Positions 49,212 through 59,334 of a stretch of DNA of 64,000 nt are shown here, piece by piece (position 1 is the first letter of the stretch; every line of letters begins with the position of its first letter). The DNA is from Candidatus Woesearchaeota archaeon. Lineage in GTDB: Archaea; Nanobdellota; Nanobdellia; SCGC-AAA011-G17; GW2011-AR20. The DNA is taken from positions 21,145 through 85,144 of the forward strand of contig JAGVYZ010000014.1 of assembly GCA_018303025.1 (NCBI GenBank), given 5' to 3'. A model generated the notes under the pieces. That model did no database searches. It saw nothing but the letters and a program-made list of their open reading frames with translations, and had not been told where the DNA came from. A program made the translations under genes and the position numbers.

Positions 49212-51949
49212 ATGTCATATACTCTTTTGTCTAAAACTTCTCTACCATAGAAATATTCTGGAACTTCTAGATTATTAGGATATGAAATTGACCAAATTTT
49301 TAATGGACCCCTTAACCCTGCTCCTGGATAAATTGCTAGAGGCATTTGAGTTTCATCAGAATATGCTACTTTGAAATTTTCTGTTTCTTGCCCAAATAAA
49401 TATAATCTTGTGAATTGGGTATTGTAAACTACAGGCGATAGATAGATTAAAGAACCTAACATATTAACCTGGCCATTATTGCTTATTTGTGGAATAATTT
49501 GAATACATGCATCTATACCACCTGTAAACTTATATTCTTTAGGTTGTACACCTAATGCTTTGGAACCATAAAATATACAGTTTATTGGGATATTTGATTG
49601 CTGACCATTGTAAACAATAACCATTGTTGGCTGTTCGAATTCTACTTGCGAGTTATTAGCGTTATTTACTATTGGAACAAAGAAACCTGCTACACCTGCT
49701 GCATTTTTAGGATATAGCTTATCTTGATAAATTATATCGTGGTCTATTGCTGTTCCACCAGTGTACAAATAGACTGTTGAATTTCTTGTTTCTTTAACTT
49801 GAGAAGGATCTAAATTATAATTTGTAATCCAGGAATACCTGTCATAATTAACATCAGAACCTATTGACGAGAAAGCTGGATATTTACCTATTTCATCTGA
49901 AATTATTAATAAATGAGTTGCATTATGTGCTTTTAAAAATTCTAATGCTTCTGTATCATTGCTTCCCATTAAAACATGACGTCCTGTCCAATGATTCCAG
50001 GCACCAATTGTATTACCACCATCTGTTATTGTTGCTCTTTTGCCACCTGTTTGGACTAAGTAACCATAGTCCCACCAATGTGAAAAAACAGCATTTTCAT
50101 TTGTATTATCCCGAACCCATTTCATTGCTAATTGCCATTGTTGATTGTAAGTTGTTCCTGAACCTGCATTTTGAGCTTTGGAGGATTCATAATAATTCAA
50201 TAAATAACCATTTGAGTTTACTATAGGTATTTCTTTTATTACTGGAATCTGTGCCATTGCATTTCCGAAAGGCCAGAAAAAAATCATTAAAAATAAAGCT
50301 AAGACTGTTATGTAAAATATTTTATATGTTAATTCTTTTTCATTCTCTTTTACTTTTTGATATAAGTATATTGAACCAGTATAAATAAAATAAGCGGCTA
50401 AGACCATTGCTACTGAAGTGAAAATATAAACCAGCCTTATTGCACTTCTTGCAGCTATTGCCATTATAATAAACCAAGCGATTATAAAAATTTCTGATTT
50501 ATTTAAGGAAATTATTTTTTCATATTCCTCTTGATCATTTAAATAAGATTTAATGTAAATATAAATAAAATAACATGCAAAGAAAAGGAAAGAGCCTATA
50601 TATAAGAAATTAGAGATAAAATTATCTCCGTTGAAGGTTGAATCTGCCTTATATCTGCTGAATAAAAACAGGAAAATAAATATTGTGTAAGATACTGTAA
50701 GTTTTAATCTGTTTGATTTTGACAAATGCTTGACTAAATGATAAAATAGAATAACAGAGCCAATTATGATTGATAATAAGAAAAACATTCCACCGAAATG
50801 ACCAACCCAGTCAGATACATAAGGCTGATGATTTTCAGCTACTGTTAAAACCCATCTTCCTGTTGCAAAAGGTTTTGTAACATCTGTAAAAATATCTTTT
50901 AATTTGTCTATTAAATATAGAGGACCATTGAAAAGAATTAAAAATATTAGGCCTAAAAATCCAAAAATTATGAAGCTATTTACACTTTTTGGAAGTTTTG
51001 AATACTTTTCTACAAATTGATTAACTGTTCTATGTTCAATTATGAAGTGTCTGAAGAAACCTGCTAAAATGCTTAGTAAGCATAAGCTAGTTGTTACTGA
51101 ATTTAATAATGTTCCAAAGTTTATTCTTCCTGGGAAAAAAAGATTCATTGTTATTATTGAAAGAATAAACCATAATGTATAAGAATAAAGGTTTTCTTTT
51201 GAGAACTTATCCAGAATGAGTTCTATTAATGCAAACAATCCAAAAATTAAGAAGATAAAATTAACTCCACCCCAAACAGCTCCTGTTGCTCCTGTTAAGA
51301 TTCCTGCTAAAACTGCATTAATTAAGGAGAATAATAAATTCTTTGATTTCCATGATGAAACAAAAAAATAAAAAGAAGCGAAGAATAACAAGGTAGCTAA
51401 TGACTCTTTATCTGTAATACCAGACATTGTCCTAAATAAAAAAGCAGGCGAAAATGATAAAAAAGCTGTTGCTATCAATGCTATTTTTTTGTTATTGAAC
51501 AATTTGTCAACTAAGAGATAAAAAAACAATGCTGCAAATAAGAACATTATTGCCGGGAAAATCATGAAAGCATAATCGAAGGTTATTGAAGAATCAAATA
51601 AATGCATAAATTGGTAAGTAAATACAATTACATGTGTGAAAAAATTAAATTCGCCTACACCTGTAAAACCTAGAGGATATGAACGTAATTTATCTATTGC
51701 TGGTAAAGCATCATTTTCCAAAAGGTCCTGGGAATATCTAAATACAAGCATTGCATCTGGGTCAGCAGGCATATAAGTATTAGATGTTGTATCCATTAAT
51801 TGTGGAATATTCTGGATTCTTATGAAAAAACCCATTAAAATTATTATTAATAAAATCCCATAAAAAATCCAAGATTTCTTATTAATTAAAAAGTTTTTCA
51901 CGTCTTCTTTTCTTTGTTCTAATTCATCTGGCATTTTATTTTTAGACAA
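49208..51949 (-). CDS. aglB: Archaeal oligosaccharyltransferase AglB (STT3 family)
   Basis: 913 aa. A 13-TM N-terminal domain is followed by the hallmark WWDYGY motif (SHWWDYGYLVQTG) and a large C-terminal periplasmic domain. Confidence 0.85.
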   Translation of the reverse strand: MSKNKMPDELEQRKEDVKNFLINKKSWIFYGILLIIILMGFFIRIQNIPQLMDTTSNTYMPADPDAMLVFRYSQDLLENDALPAIDKLRSYPLGFTGVGEFNFFTHVIVFTYQFMHLFDSSITFDYAFMIFPAIMFLFAALFFYLLVDKLFNNKKIALIATAFLSFSPAFLFRTMSGITDKESLATLLFFASFYFFVSSWKSKNLLFSLINAVLAGILTGATGAVWGGVNFIFLIFGLFALIELILDKFSKENLYSYTLWFILSIITMNLFFPGRINFGTLLNSVTTSLCLLSILAGFFRHFIIEHRTVNQFVEKYSKLPKSVNSFIIFGFLGLIFLILFNGPLYLIDKLKDIFTDVTKPFATGRWVLTVAENHQPYVSDWVGHFGGMFFLLSIIIGSVILFYHLVKHLSKSNRLKLTVSYTIFIFLFLFSRYKADSTFNGDNFISNFLYIGSFLFFACYFIYIYIKSYLNDQEEYEKIISLNKSEIFIIAWFIIMAIAARSAIRLVYIFTSVAMVLAAYFIYTGSIYLYQKVKENEKELTYKIFYITVLALFLMIFFWPFGNAMAQIPVIKEIPIVNSNGYLLNYYESSKAQNAGSGTTYNQQWQLAMKWVRDNTNENAVFSHWWDYGYLVQTGGKRATITDGGNTIGAWNHWTGRHVLMGSNDTEALEFLKAHNATHLLIISDEIGKYPAFSSIGSDVNYDRYSWITNYNLDPSQVKETRNSTVYLYTGGTAIDHDIIYQDKLYPKNAAGVAGFFVPIVNNANNSQVEFEQPTMVIVYNGQQSNIPINCIFYGSKALGVQPKEYKFTGGIDACIQIIPQISNNGQVNMLGSLIYLSPVVYNTQFTRLYLFGQETENFKVAYSDETQMPLAIYPGAGLRGPLKIWSISYPNNLEVPEYFYGREVLDKRVYDI

Positions 51950-52041
51950 GATTTATTTATATTAATATCGGTTGTACTTTTTTTCTTTAAAAAAGAAAAA
52001 ACCTACACTAAAAGTAAGGGTTGCACCCTTCACGAACCTGC

Positions 52042-52878
52042 CTAAAGAAAAAAGCTCATTATTATTGGGGTGAAGTAAACTTCAACTAGAGCCCCTATTA
52101 ATAAAATAACTAAGGCAATTAATGTTAAATCTAATGTGTCTATTAAAACGTGCTTTATTTGTTTTGAATTCAAATGGGAGTTTATTACTGCAAATGAGAT
52201 TAAAGCACCAGCCATACCACCTATGAAATATGCTAATATTTCAAAAACACCATGAGTCATATAACGCATTAATGCCAAGGGAAATATATGGAAGTAAGAA
52301 AAAATAGTAGATAGCTTTTCTCTTACAAAAATTCCCATTGCAGCTGAAATTACAGAAGCATTCCAGACTAAAATGAATAATGCACCTGCACCGTAGAAGA
52401 ATGAAAAGAAAATGCAGAATAATAATACTTTGAAATTATTTATTAAAATTTTGAAGAAAACATCTTCTCCTATGAAATTTCCGAAAACTACTTTTCCGTT
52501 TATGCTTTGAATTGTTTCAATTTGTGAACTAAATAAGGTTGTTGAGATTGATTCTGGAAGAACTATAAACCAGAATGCATATGCTACTAAAATTCCAAAA
52601 AACAAGAAAAGTAAAAATTTTAATGCTCTCCAATGTTCCTTCATTATTAATTTTTCAGAATCTATTTTTAAATCATATTTTTCCTCTCTTTTGAATGTTC
52701 TATGCAATAAAGGAATACAAGCTAAGACTGTTAAAAAAACCATGATTATACTGGCCTGGCTTTTGAATATCCACAATGATAATAATAATGCTATTGAAGC
52801 ATAAAAGAAACCATATAGAAACATTAGTTTAGGATGTGCTTCTGCTCTTTTTGGTCCGATGAGTATTTCTAATACCAT
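52042..52878 (-). CDS. SpoIIM/DUF95-like polytopic membrane protein
   Basis: 278 aa with about 6 TM helices. Confidence 0.45.
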   Translation of the reverse strand: MVLEILIGPKRAEAHPKLMFLYGFFYASIALLLSLWIFKSQASIIMVFLTVLACIPLLHRTFKREEKYDLKIDSEKLIMKEHWRALKFLLFLFFGILVAYAFWFIVLPESISTTLFSSQIETIQSINGKVVFGNFIGEDVFFKILINNFKVLLFCIFFSFFYGAGALFILVWNASVISAAMGIFVREKLSTIFSYFHIFPLALMRYMTHGVFEILAYFIGGMAGALISFAVINSHLNSKQIKHVLIDTLDLTLIALVILLIGALVEVYFTPIIMSFFL

Positions 52879-52899
52879 TATGTTATTTTTTATATTATC

Positions 52900-53775
52900 T
52901 TGATTTATATAAGTTTTGTTGCTTTTTTTAGGGGAAATTTTTATATAGGTTCTAAATTATATAGATTCATGGATAGATTTTCTAAGATATGCAAGGATAT
53001 TAAAGAGATAAAAATCCAAGGTGCTGAAAATGTTGCTAAAGCTGCTTTAGTTGCTTATTCTTTGAAGCCTAATGCTTCTTCTATTAAAAAATTAATTTCT
53101 TTAAGGAAAACAGAACCAATGGTTGTAAATGCCTTGAATTATGCCAAAAAGCATTCTGTTGATGAAACTTTAAAGTTAATTAAAGAGAATGAAAGAAAGA
53201 TTATAGAGAATGGAGTTAAATTAATTAAAAATGGATTTGTTGTTTATACTCACTGTCATTCTTCTACTGTTACTTCAATTTTGATTAAAGCGCATAAATT
53301 TGGTAAAAAGTTTAGTGTTTTTAATACTGAAACAAGGCCTTTGTTTCAAGGAAGGAAAACAGCTATTGAGTTAGCTAAAGCTGGAATTAAAACAACTATG
53401 ATTGTTGATGATGCTGTTTATATTGCTTTGAAAAAAGCTGATATTATGTTGATAGGTGCTGACGCATTGATGCAAAAAACTGCCTTAAATAAAATTGGTT
53501 CTGGTTTATTTGCTGAAGAAGCTTTTAGGCATAAAGTTCCTGTTTATATTGCATCTAATTCATGGAAATTTTCTAAAAAATCAGTTAAAATTGAAGAGAG
53601 AAATGAGAAAGAAGTATTTGATGAAAGACTGAAAATATTAAAAGTAAGAAATCCTGCTTTTGAAGCAGTTCCCTATAAATTTGTTAAAGGAATTATATGT
53701 GAATTGGGGATTATTAAACCTAAAGATTTAGCTAAAAAGATAAAGAAAAATTATCTATGGTTGCTTAAGAGTTAA
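52900..53775 (+). CDS. Ribose-1,5-bisphosphate isomerase (eIF-2B alpha/beta/delta-like, e2b2) of the archaeal AMP/nucleoside salvage pathway
   Basis: IF-2B family fold. The true start is probably MDRF at 52969. Lies adjacent to form III RuBisCO. Confidence 0.65.
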   Translation: MIYISFVAFFRGNFYIGSKLYRFMDRFSKICKDIKEIKIQGAENVAKAALVAYSLKPNASSIKKLISLRKTEPMVVNALNYAKKHSVDETLKLIKENERKIIENGVKLIKNGFVVYTHCHSSTVTSILIKAHKFGKKFSVFNTETRPLFQGRKTAIELAKAGIKTTMIVDDAVYIALKKADIMLIGADALMQKTALNKIGSGLFAEEAFRHKVPVYIASNSWKFSKKSVKIEERNEKEVFDERLKILKVRNPAFEAVPYKFVKGIICELGIIKPKDLAKKIKKNYLWLLKS

Positions 53776-53780
53776 TTTAG

Positions 53781-55169
53781 CTAATCTAAATATTTCTTTA
53801 TTTCATTTAGGTCTATAAGTAGTGCTTCCTGGGTTTTTTCTGAAAATGATTTTGCAAATATTATTATTTTTTCTTTCCTGTTTTTGTTATTCCAATCTAT
53901 ATATTTTGTTTTTTCCTTTAGTTTAAATAATATTTCATTTGGATTTACTTCACTTTTCCATTTGCATTCTATTAAATAAATTTCTTTGTCTTTTTCATTT
54001 AAAGCAATTAAATCAATCTCTATATCTTTATGCCAAAATCTGCCAATTTTTGATAAGTTTTTTATTTTATCAAATACTATTTCTTTGCAGACTTGCTCAA
54101 AAACCTTGCCATAATAGGAATTTATTTCCTGCTTTAATGAATCAAGCAGATCTTTTTTTAATCCTTGCTCTATCTGGGCGCGATTTTTCATGACAAAATT
54201 CAACCAGAAATTGTAAAAATTATCCTTTATGTAATATCTTGTTATTTTTGATTTTAATTTATTTTCTGTTACTGGAACTTCTTTTTTTATTATATCTACT
54301 CTTTCCAAGATTGTTAGATATTTTGGAAGCTTATTTGAAGATATATGGGAATATTCTGAGATTTCGTTAAATTTTGTTTTTCCTTCTGAGATTGCCTGAA
54401 GTATTGAAAGATAAGAAGAGAAATCCCTAAACTCTTCTGTAAGCAAATTTAATGGCTCATTATAAAGGAAGCTTGTCTTTTCAAATAATTTTAGTTCTAA
54501 ATTTTTTTCTATGGTTTCTTTTGAATCAAATTCTTCCAGATATCTTGGAACTCCGCCTAAAATACAATATGCTTTTATTAATTCTTCAGTATTATAATCT
54601 GGAAAGAACTTCTGAAGATTCTTAAATTTTAAAGGAAGAACATCTATCTCAGCTGTTTTTCTGCCGTATAACGCAGAATTATAACCATGGGTTATTTTGT
54701 ATATTGTTGAAATTATTGAACCACAAAGAATTATTTTTTTATTTGTCTCTTTTATTTTCTCCCACCATCTTTGGAGAATTGAAGGCCATGCTTTGTTAAT
54801 CAAATAAAGATACTGGAATTCGTCTATAATAAAAATTTCATATTTGCTTTTTAAAATAAAATTAAAGAAATCCTCCCAATCTGAAAACTTTACAAATTCA
54901 TCTTTTACCTGGTTTGAGAAGATGTTTAAGATATTATCAGAGCTATCTGCCAGAAAATATATAGCATTTTTATTTTTTATTGATTCTATTAAAAGCCTGC
55001 TTTTTCCTATTCTTCTTCTACCATAAACTAAGACAAGTTCTGCTTTTTTTGATTTGTAAACTTTTTCCAAAGTTTCAAGTTCTTCTATTCTGTTGATAAA
55101 CATACTCATAATAATGATTATTACAATAATGTTTATAAAGGTTTCTATACTAAGATTTTTTGAATACAA
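53781..55169 (-). CDS. Archaeal ATPase (AAA+ P-loop with C-terminal DUF234 domain)
   Basis: Has MFINRIEELETLE...LVYGRRRIGKSRLL Walker A. The more likely start is the M of MFIN at 55103. Confidence 0.7.
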   Translation of the reverse strand: MYSKNLSIETFINIIVIIIIMSMFINRIEELETLEKVYKSKKAELVLVYGRRRIGKSRLLIESIKNKNAIYFLADSSDNILNIFSNQVKDEFVKFSDWEDFFNFILKSKYEIFIIDEFQYLYLINKAWPSILQRWWEKIKETNKKIILCGSIISTIYKITHGYNSALYGRKTAEIDVLPLKFKNLQKFFPDYNTEELIKAYCILGGVPRYLEEFDSKETIEKNLELKLFEKTSFLYNEPLNLLTEEFRDFSSYLSILQAISEGKTKFNEISEYSHISSNKLPKYLTILERVDIIKKEVPVTENKLKSKITRYYIKDNFYNFWLNFVMKNRAQIEQGLKKDLLDSLKQEINSYYGKVFEQVCKEIVFDKIKNLSKIGRFWHKDIEIDLIALNEKDKEIYLIECKWKSEVNPNEILFKLKEKTKYIDWNNKNRKEKIIIFAKSFSEKTQEALLIDLNEIKKYLD

Positions 55170-55284
55170 GGCAGAAGGTTAAAGGTAACTATTCCAGATT
55201 AAAATGGGAAAAGTTTAATTAGCTTTTTTTCTTTTTTATGTGTAACCTATTCATGATATGGGGACATATTTTTCTCTTTTTTTA

Positions 55285-55329
55285 CAATAATTATATAAAT
55301 AACAATTTATTTTAATTTAAAGAGGTGAA
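55285..55329 (+). promoter_or_regulatory. rbcL upstream region with an AT-rich TATA-like box (TTATATAAAT) and a strong Shine-Dalgarno-like GAGGTGA 6 nt before the ATG
   Basis: Read directly in the 160-bp divergent intergenic region. Confidence 0.35.
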
Positions 55330-56808
55330 ATGATGAAAAGTAAAAATAAATCTGTTAATAATAAAATTCCTAAATCACTTATTAAAAGTTTAAATCCTCA
55401 TCAAGAAGCCTATGTCAATCTTGGATTAAAAAATCCTAAGAATGGCGAGTATATGTTAGCTGTTTACCATTTGAAACCTGGTAAGGGATTAAATATATTA
55501 CAAGCTTCTTGTGAAGTTGCTGCTGAATCTTCTACTGGAACTAATTTTAAGGTTAATACTGAAACACCTTTTTCTCGCGAGATGAATGCACTTGTTTATC
55601 AATTAGATATTAAGAAAAATTTAGTCTGGATTGCTTTTCCATGGAGATTATTTGATAGAAAAGGAAATGTACAAAATATATTAACATATATTGTTGGAAA
55701 TGTTTTAGGCATGAAAGAAGTTAAAGCTTTGAAATTGCTTGATATTTGGTTTCCTTCTACAATGTTAGAACAATACGATGGACCTAGTTATACTTTAGAT
55801 GACATGAGAAAGTATTTGAATGTTTATGACAGGCCAATTCTTGGAACTATTATAAAACCCAAAATGGGATTGACTTCTTCTGAATATGCTGAAGTCTGCT
55901 ATGATTTCTGGACTGGCGGTGGAGATTTTGTAAAAAATGACGAGCCACAAGCTAACCAGGATTTTTGTCCATATGACAAAATGGTTGTTTATGTAAAAAA
56001 AGCAATGGATAAAGCTGTTAAAGAAACAGGCAAGAAAAAAATTCATTCATTTAATGTTTCTGCTGCTGATTATGACACTATGATTTCTAGATGTGAAATG
56101 ATTAGAAATGCTGGATTTGAATCTGGTAGTTATGCATTTTTAATTGATGGAATTACTGCTGGATGGATGGCTGTGCAAACATTAAGAAGAAAATATCCTG
56201 GGGTGTTTATTCATTATCATAGAGCAAGCCATGGCGCTTACACCAGGGAAGAAAATCCAATTGGTTTTTCTGTTTTAGTTTTGTCTAAATTTGCTAGATT
56301 AGCTGGTGCTTCTGGAATTCATACAGGAACTGCTGGTGTTGGTAAAATGGCTGGTAGTCCTAAGGAAGATGTTACTGCTGCACATAATATTTTGGGATTT
56401 GTTGCTAAAGGACATTTCTTTGAACAAGCTTGGGGAAGAATTCCTGAAAAAGATGATGATGCCATAAAACTAGTTCATGAAGATTTAGCTCATCATGTAA
56501 TATTAGATGATGATTCATGGAGAGGAATGAAAAAGTGCTGTCCAATAATTTCTGGAGGGTTAAATCCAACTTTATTGAAAAAATTCATTGATGTTATGCA
56601 GGGTATTGATTTTATTACTACAATGGGTGCTGGATGTCATGCTCATCCTAAAGGAACTAGGGCTGGTGCTACTGCATTAATTCAATCTTGTGAAGCATAT
56701 ATTAAAAAAATTGACATTCATGAATATGCCAAGACACATGTTGAATTAAAAGAAGCAATTGATTTTTTTGAGAAAAAGAAATTAAAACAGCCTAGTGAGA
56801 AAAGTTGA
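55330..56808 (+). CDS. rbcL: Ribulose-1,5-bisphosphate carboxylase/oxygenase large subunit, form III (archaeal-type)
   Basis: Has the RuBisCO active-site block GGGDFVKNDEPQ (the GGLDFTKDDE equivalent) and the downstream Gly-rich loops. A GAGGTGA RBS precedes the start. Confidence 0.85.
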   Translation: MMKSKNKSVNNKIPKSLIKSLNPHQEAYVNLGLKNPKNGEYMLAVYHLKPGKGLNILQASCEVAAESSTGTNFKVNTETPFSREMNALVYQLDIKKNLVWIAFPWRLFDRKGNVQNILTYIVGNVLGMKEVKALKLLDIWFPSTMLEQYDGPSYTLDDMRKYLNVYDRPILGTIIKPKMGLTSSEYAEVCYDFWTGGGDFVKNDEPQANQDFCPYDKMVVYVKKAMDKAVKETGKKKIHSFNVSAADYDTMISRCEMIRNAGFESGSYAFLIDGITAGWMAVQTLRRKYPGVFIHYHRASHGAYTREENPIGFSVLVLSKFARLAGASGIHTGTAGVGKMAGSPKEDVTAAHNILGFVAKGHFFEQAWGRIPEKDDDAIKLVHEDLAHHVILDDDSWRGMKKCCPIISGGLNPTLLKKFIDVMQGIDFITTMGAGCHAHPKGTRAGATALIQSCEAYIKKIDIHEYAKTHVELKEAIDFFEKKKLKQPSEKS

Positions 56809-56864
56809 TTTTGGGATAAACTTTCTAAATAAGGTTTTTAAAATAAAACATTTTAAGATAATTT

Positions 56865-57794
56865 ATGAGACTAACAAATTTTATTATTTTTTGTTTTTTA
56901 TTCTGCTTTATTGTTTTTGCTTTTTCTGTTAATGGGCAAGTAATTATTAATGAGATAATGTACAATCCTTTGGGAAATGATACTAATAGTGAATGGATTG
57001 AGATTTACAATAATGGAACAGAGATTGTAAACTTAACTGGCTGGAAGTTTTTTGAAGCTAACACTAATCATGGATTAAGTTTAGGACAAGGAGAAATGAC
57101 TATCTTGCCTAACGAATATGTGATAATAGTTCAGAATGTTCAAATATTTTTATCAGATTATTCTCAATATTCTGGAAAAATTATTGATAGCTCGTGGAGT
57201 GATATAACTAATAGTTTAGAAAAATATTTTGCAATTAAAAATAGTTCAGGTGAAATCGTTGATGAAATTGTTTATTATCCATTAGCAAAAGAAGGTAAAA
57301 GCATTGAATTAATTAATTTTAATCTTGATAATAATGTTTCTTTTAACTGGAATGCAAGTTTAGTTGTAAATGGAACTCCTGGAAAACAAAATAGTATTTT
57401 TAAAACGATTTTAATAAAAGAATGTCTGAAATTAAATTATAATGAATGCTCTTTAAGAAAAGATTGCGTGCTATGGAGAGATGGAGACTTATGCGTAAAT
57501 CTTTCTGTAATTGATAATAAAAACTGGAGATGCTCTGACTTGCTAGATACTAATGAATGCAGCAAGATTTCTTCTTGTGAATGGGTTCAATCATTGAATA
57601 GATGCATTGTAGAATCAGAAGGATATTGCGGAAACAATCGCATAGACAAATATGAAATTTGCGATGGAAATAATTTGAATGGGAAAAGCTGTACTGCTCT
57701 TGGTTTTAATTATGGAATATTAAGATGTGTTCCTCAATGCTCTTCTTATGATGCTTCTTCATGTGTTAAAAATCCTAAAATTTCAAGAAGATAA
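56865..57794 (+). CDS. Secreted protein with an N-terminal signal/TM, a lamin-tail domain (LTD) and a Cys-rich C-terminal region
   Basis: Has the LTD signature INEIMYNPLGNDTNSEWIEIYN...LTGWKF. The C-terminal half has more than 20 Cys in repeated CxxxC spacing. Confidence 0.55.
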   Translation: MRLTNFIIFCFLFCFIVFAFSVNGQVIINEIMYNPLGNDTNSEWIEIYNNGTEIVNLTGWKFFEANTNHGLSLGQGEMTILPNEYVIIVQNVQIFLSDYSQYSGKIIDSSWSDITNSLEKYFAIKNSSGEIVDEIVYYPLAKEGKSIELINFNLDNNVSFNWNASLVVNGTPGKQNSIFKTILIKECLKLNYNECSLRKDCVLWRDGDLCVNLSVIDNKNWRCSDLLDTNECSKISSCEWVQSLNRCIVESEGYCGNNRIDKYEICDGNNLNGKSCTALGFNYGILRCVPQCSSYDASSCVKNPKISRR

Positions 57795-58159
57795 TTTTGG
57801 TTGATAGTTGTAAACTAAAAGTTGATAAGTAATTATTTTGGAAGAATTAATTAGTTAAACTGATTGCTACCAAAACTGTTTCTAAAATTGCCAAAGCCAA
57901 TGCCCATTTACTTTGCCTAAAATAAATTAAAATTGTTATTGCTATTAAATTTAATAATGCTACTATGAAAATAATATTTGAAATGCATTTATTTCATTCA
58001 TCTTAGTGATAAAATATTATTTTATTTAAGATTTTTGGTTCTTATTCTTTAAAAAAGCACAAAATTAACCTTATTTTTAAAATACGAAATATATATATAT
58101 AGGTTTCTTTTATAAAAAGAAAGGCCTGAAAGAAAAAGACCTTAAAAAATAAAAGGAAG

Positions 58160-59086
58160 GTGGTATATACGAATAAAAAAATATTATTTTTTGGAATTTT
58201 ATTAGTTTCTGTTTTGTTTTTGAGTTCTTGTACACAAGAACCAAAAGCAGCAAATATAGTACAAAATGAATGTATAAGTTGTGTTTCTGACGGAAGAGAT
58301 TATTGTACAAAAGATGTAGACCTAGAAGGATATTCAATGGGGCAATGTGGTGTTGCTAAAGAAGATTCTTTTGGAATAGGAATTACATTTGGAGAAGGAT
58401 GTAGTCAAGCTGGTGGAAAATTAGCTTTAGTTAAAGAACAATGTCCTGGATATGTTGTTGAGGAACCAACACCTATAGATACACCACTTTCTGAAAATGA
58501 ACGTAATGGTCCATTTGACGTTGATAAAGCTAACATTATAGCTGGATTTGTAGATGTGGGAAAATCATTAGATGAAGTGTCTGTGGTATCAGTAAGTTCT
58601 GATGGGACAAAATGTACACTATCTTATAAAGGAAAAACATTTACTATTGATAAAGGAGCTGACAAAAGTCTTTTAGAAGTTGATGAACGTCACTTTTTAG
58701 CTGTATGGGTTAAAGATATAGTTGTATCCGGAATTGCAGGACAAGAAAGTGGATGTGATCTTGAAATAGCTGTTCCAAAAACAACAAGTAAATATGATTG
58801 TTCAATACAACAATTTTCTTCAACTAGTATGAGGGATGGTAATGCTGTATGCGCAAATTTTGGCGGTACTAAAACTTGTTTATTTGGAATGGTTTCAACA
58901 ATAGCTTACTTTAATCAGACTATAGATAACTTTGGCAGTGCACAATGGTTAACTATGACACCTGAAATGTTTGCTTGTGATGAAAATATTCAAACATTAA
59001 AAGCTGTAGAACTTCGTGGTAGAGATAACGCAGATCTTGGAATAAAAAGTATTGATACCCAGATACAAATTATGTGTTGTAATTAA
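58160..59086 (+). CDS. Secreted Cys-rich putative lipoprotein, unknown function
   Basis: Signal peptide with LFLSSC lipobox-like cysteine. Apparent GTG start, so the start is uncertain. Confidence 0.45.
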   Translation: MVYTNKKILFFGILLVSVLFLSSCTQEPKAANIVQNECISCVSDGRDYCTKDVDLEGYSMGQCGVAKEDSFGIGITFGEGCSQAGGKLALVKEQCPGYVVEEPTPIDTPLSENERNGPFDVDKANIIAGFVDVGKSLDEVSVVSVSSDGTKCTLSYKGKTFTIDKGADKSLLEVDERHFLAVWVKDIVVSGIAGQESGCDLEIAVPKTTSKYDCSIQQFSSTSMRDGNAVCANFGGTKTCLFGMVSTIAYFNQTIDNFGSAQWLTMTPEMFACDENIQTLKAVELRGRDNADLGIKSIDTQIQIMCCN

Positions 59087-59120
59087 TTTTTTCTTTTTTT
59101 TCTTTTAATTTTTTTATTTT

Positions 59121-59200
59121 CTTTCCGAAAGGTTTTCTAAATGTTCTTTTTTGCTGAAGGTTTTTCCTAATGTCTTTCTTTCCTGAAGGTTTTCTTTCCA
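59121..59200. repeat. Tandem ~30-bp direct repeat (2.7 copies) with core CTGAAGGTTTT, in a convergent intergenic region
   Basis: The copies are ctttccgaaaggttttctaaatgttctttt / ttgctgaaggtttttcctaatgtctttctt / tcctgaaggttttctttcca. An oligo-T tract precedes them. Confidence 0.55.
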
Positions 59201-59334
59201 AAAAGAAAAGCTACTTTATTAAAAAATAATATAGAATAACTAATAATATTCCTAAAATAACTGCTTTGAAAACAAACTTTGTTAATTTTAAGAATAAATA
59301 AATTAAAACAATTGCTGATAGAATTAAAAGAATA

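Noticed and set aside
58110-58337. 75-aa minus-strand ORF in the long spacer / 5' end of the lipoprotein gene
   Set aside because: It overlaps the N-terminus of the better-supported + strand secreted protein, and its translation is low-complexity (LLLVLVYKNSK...).
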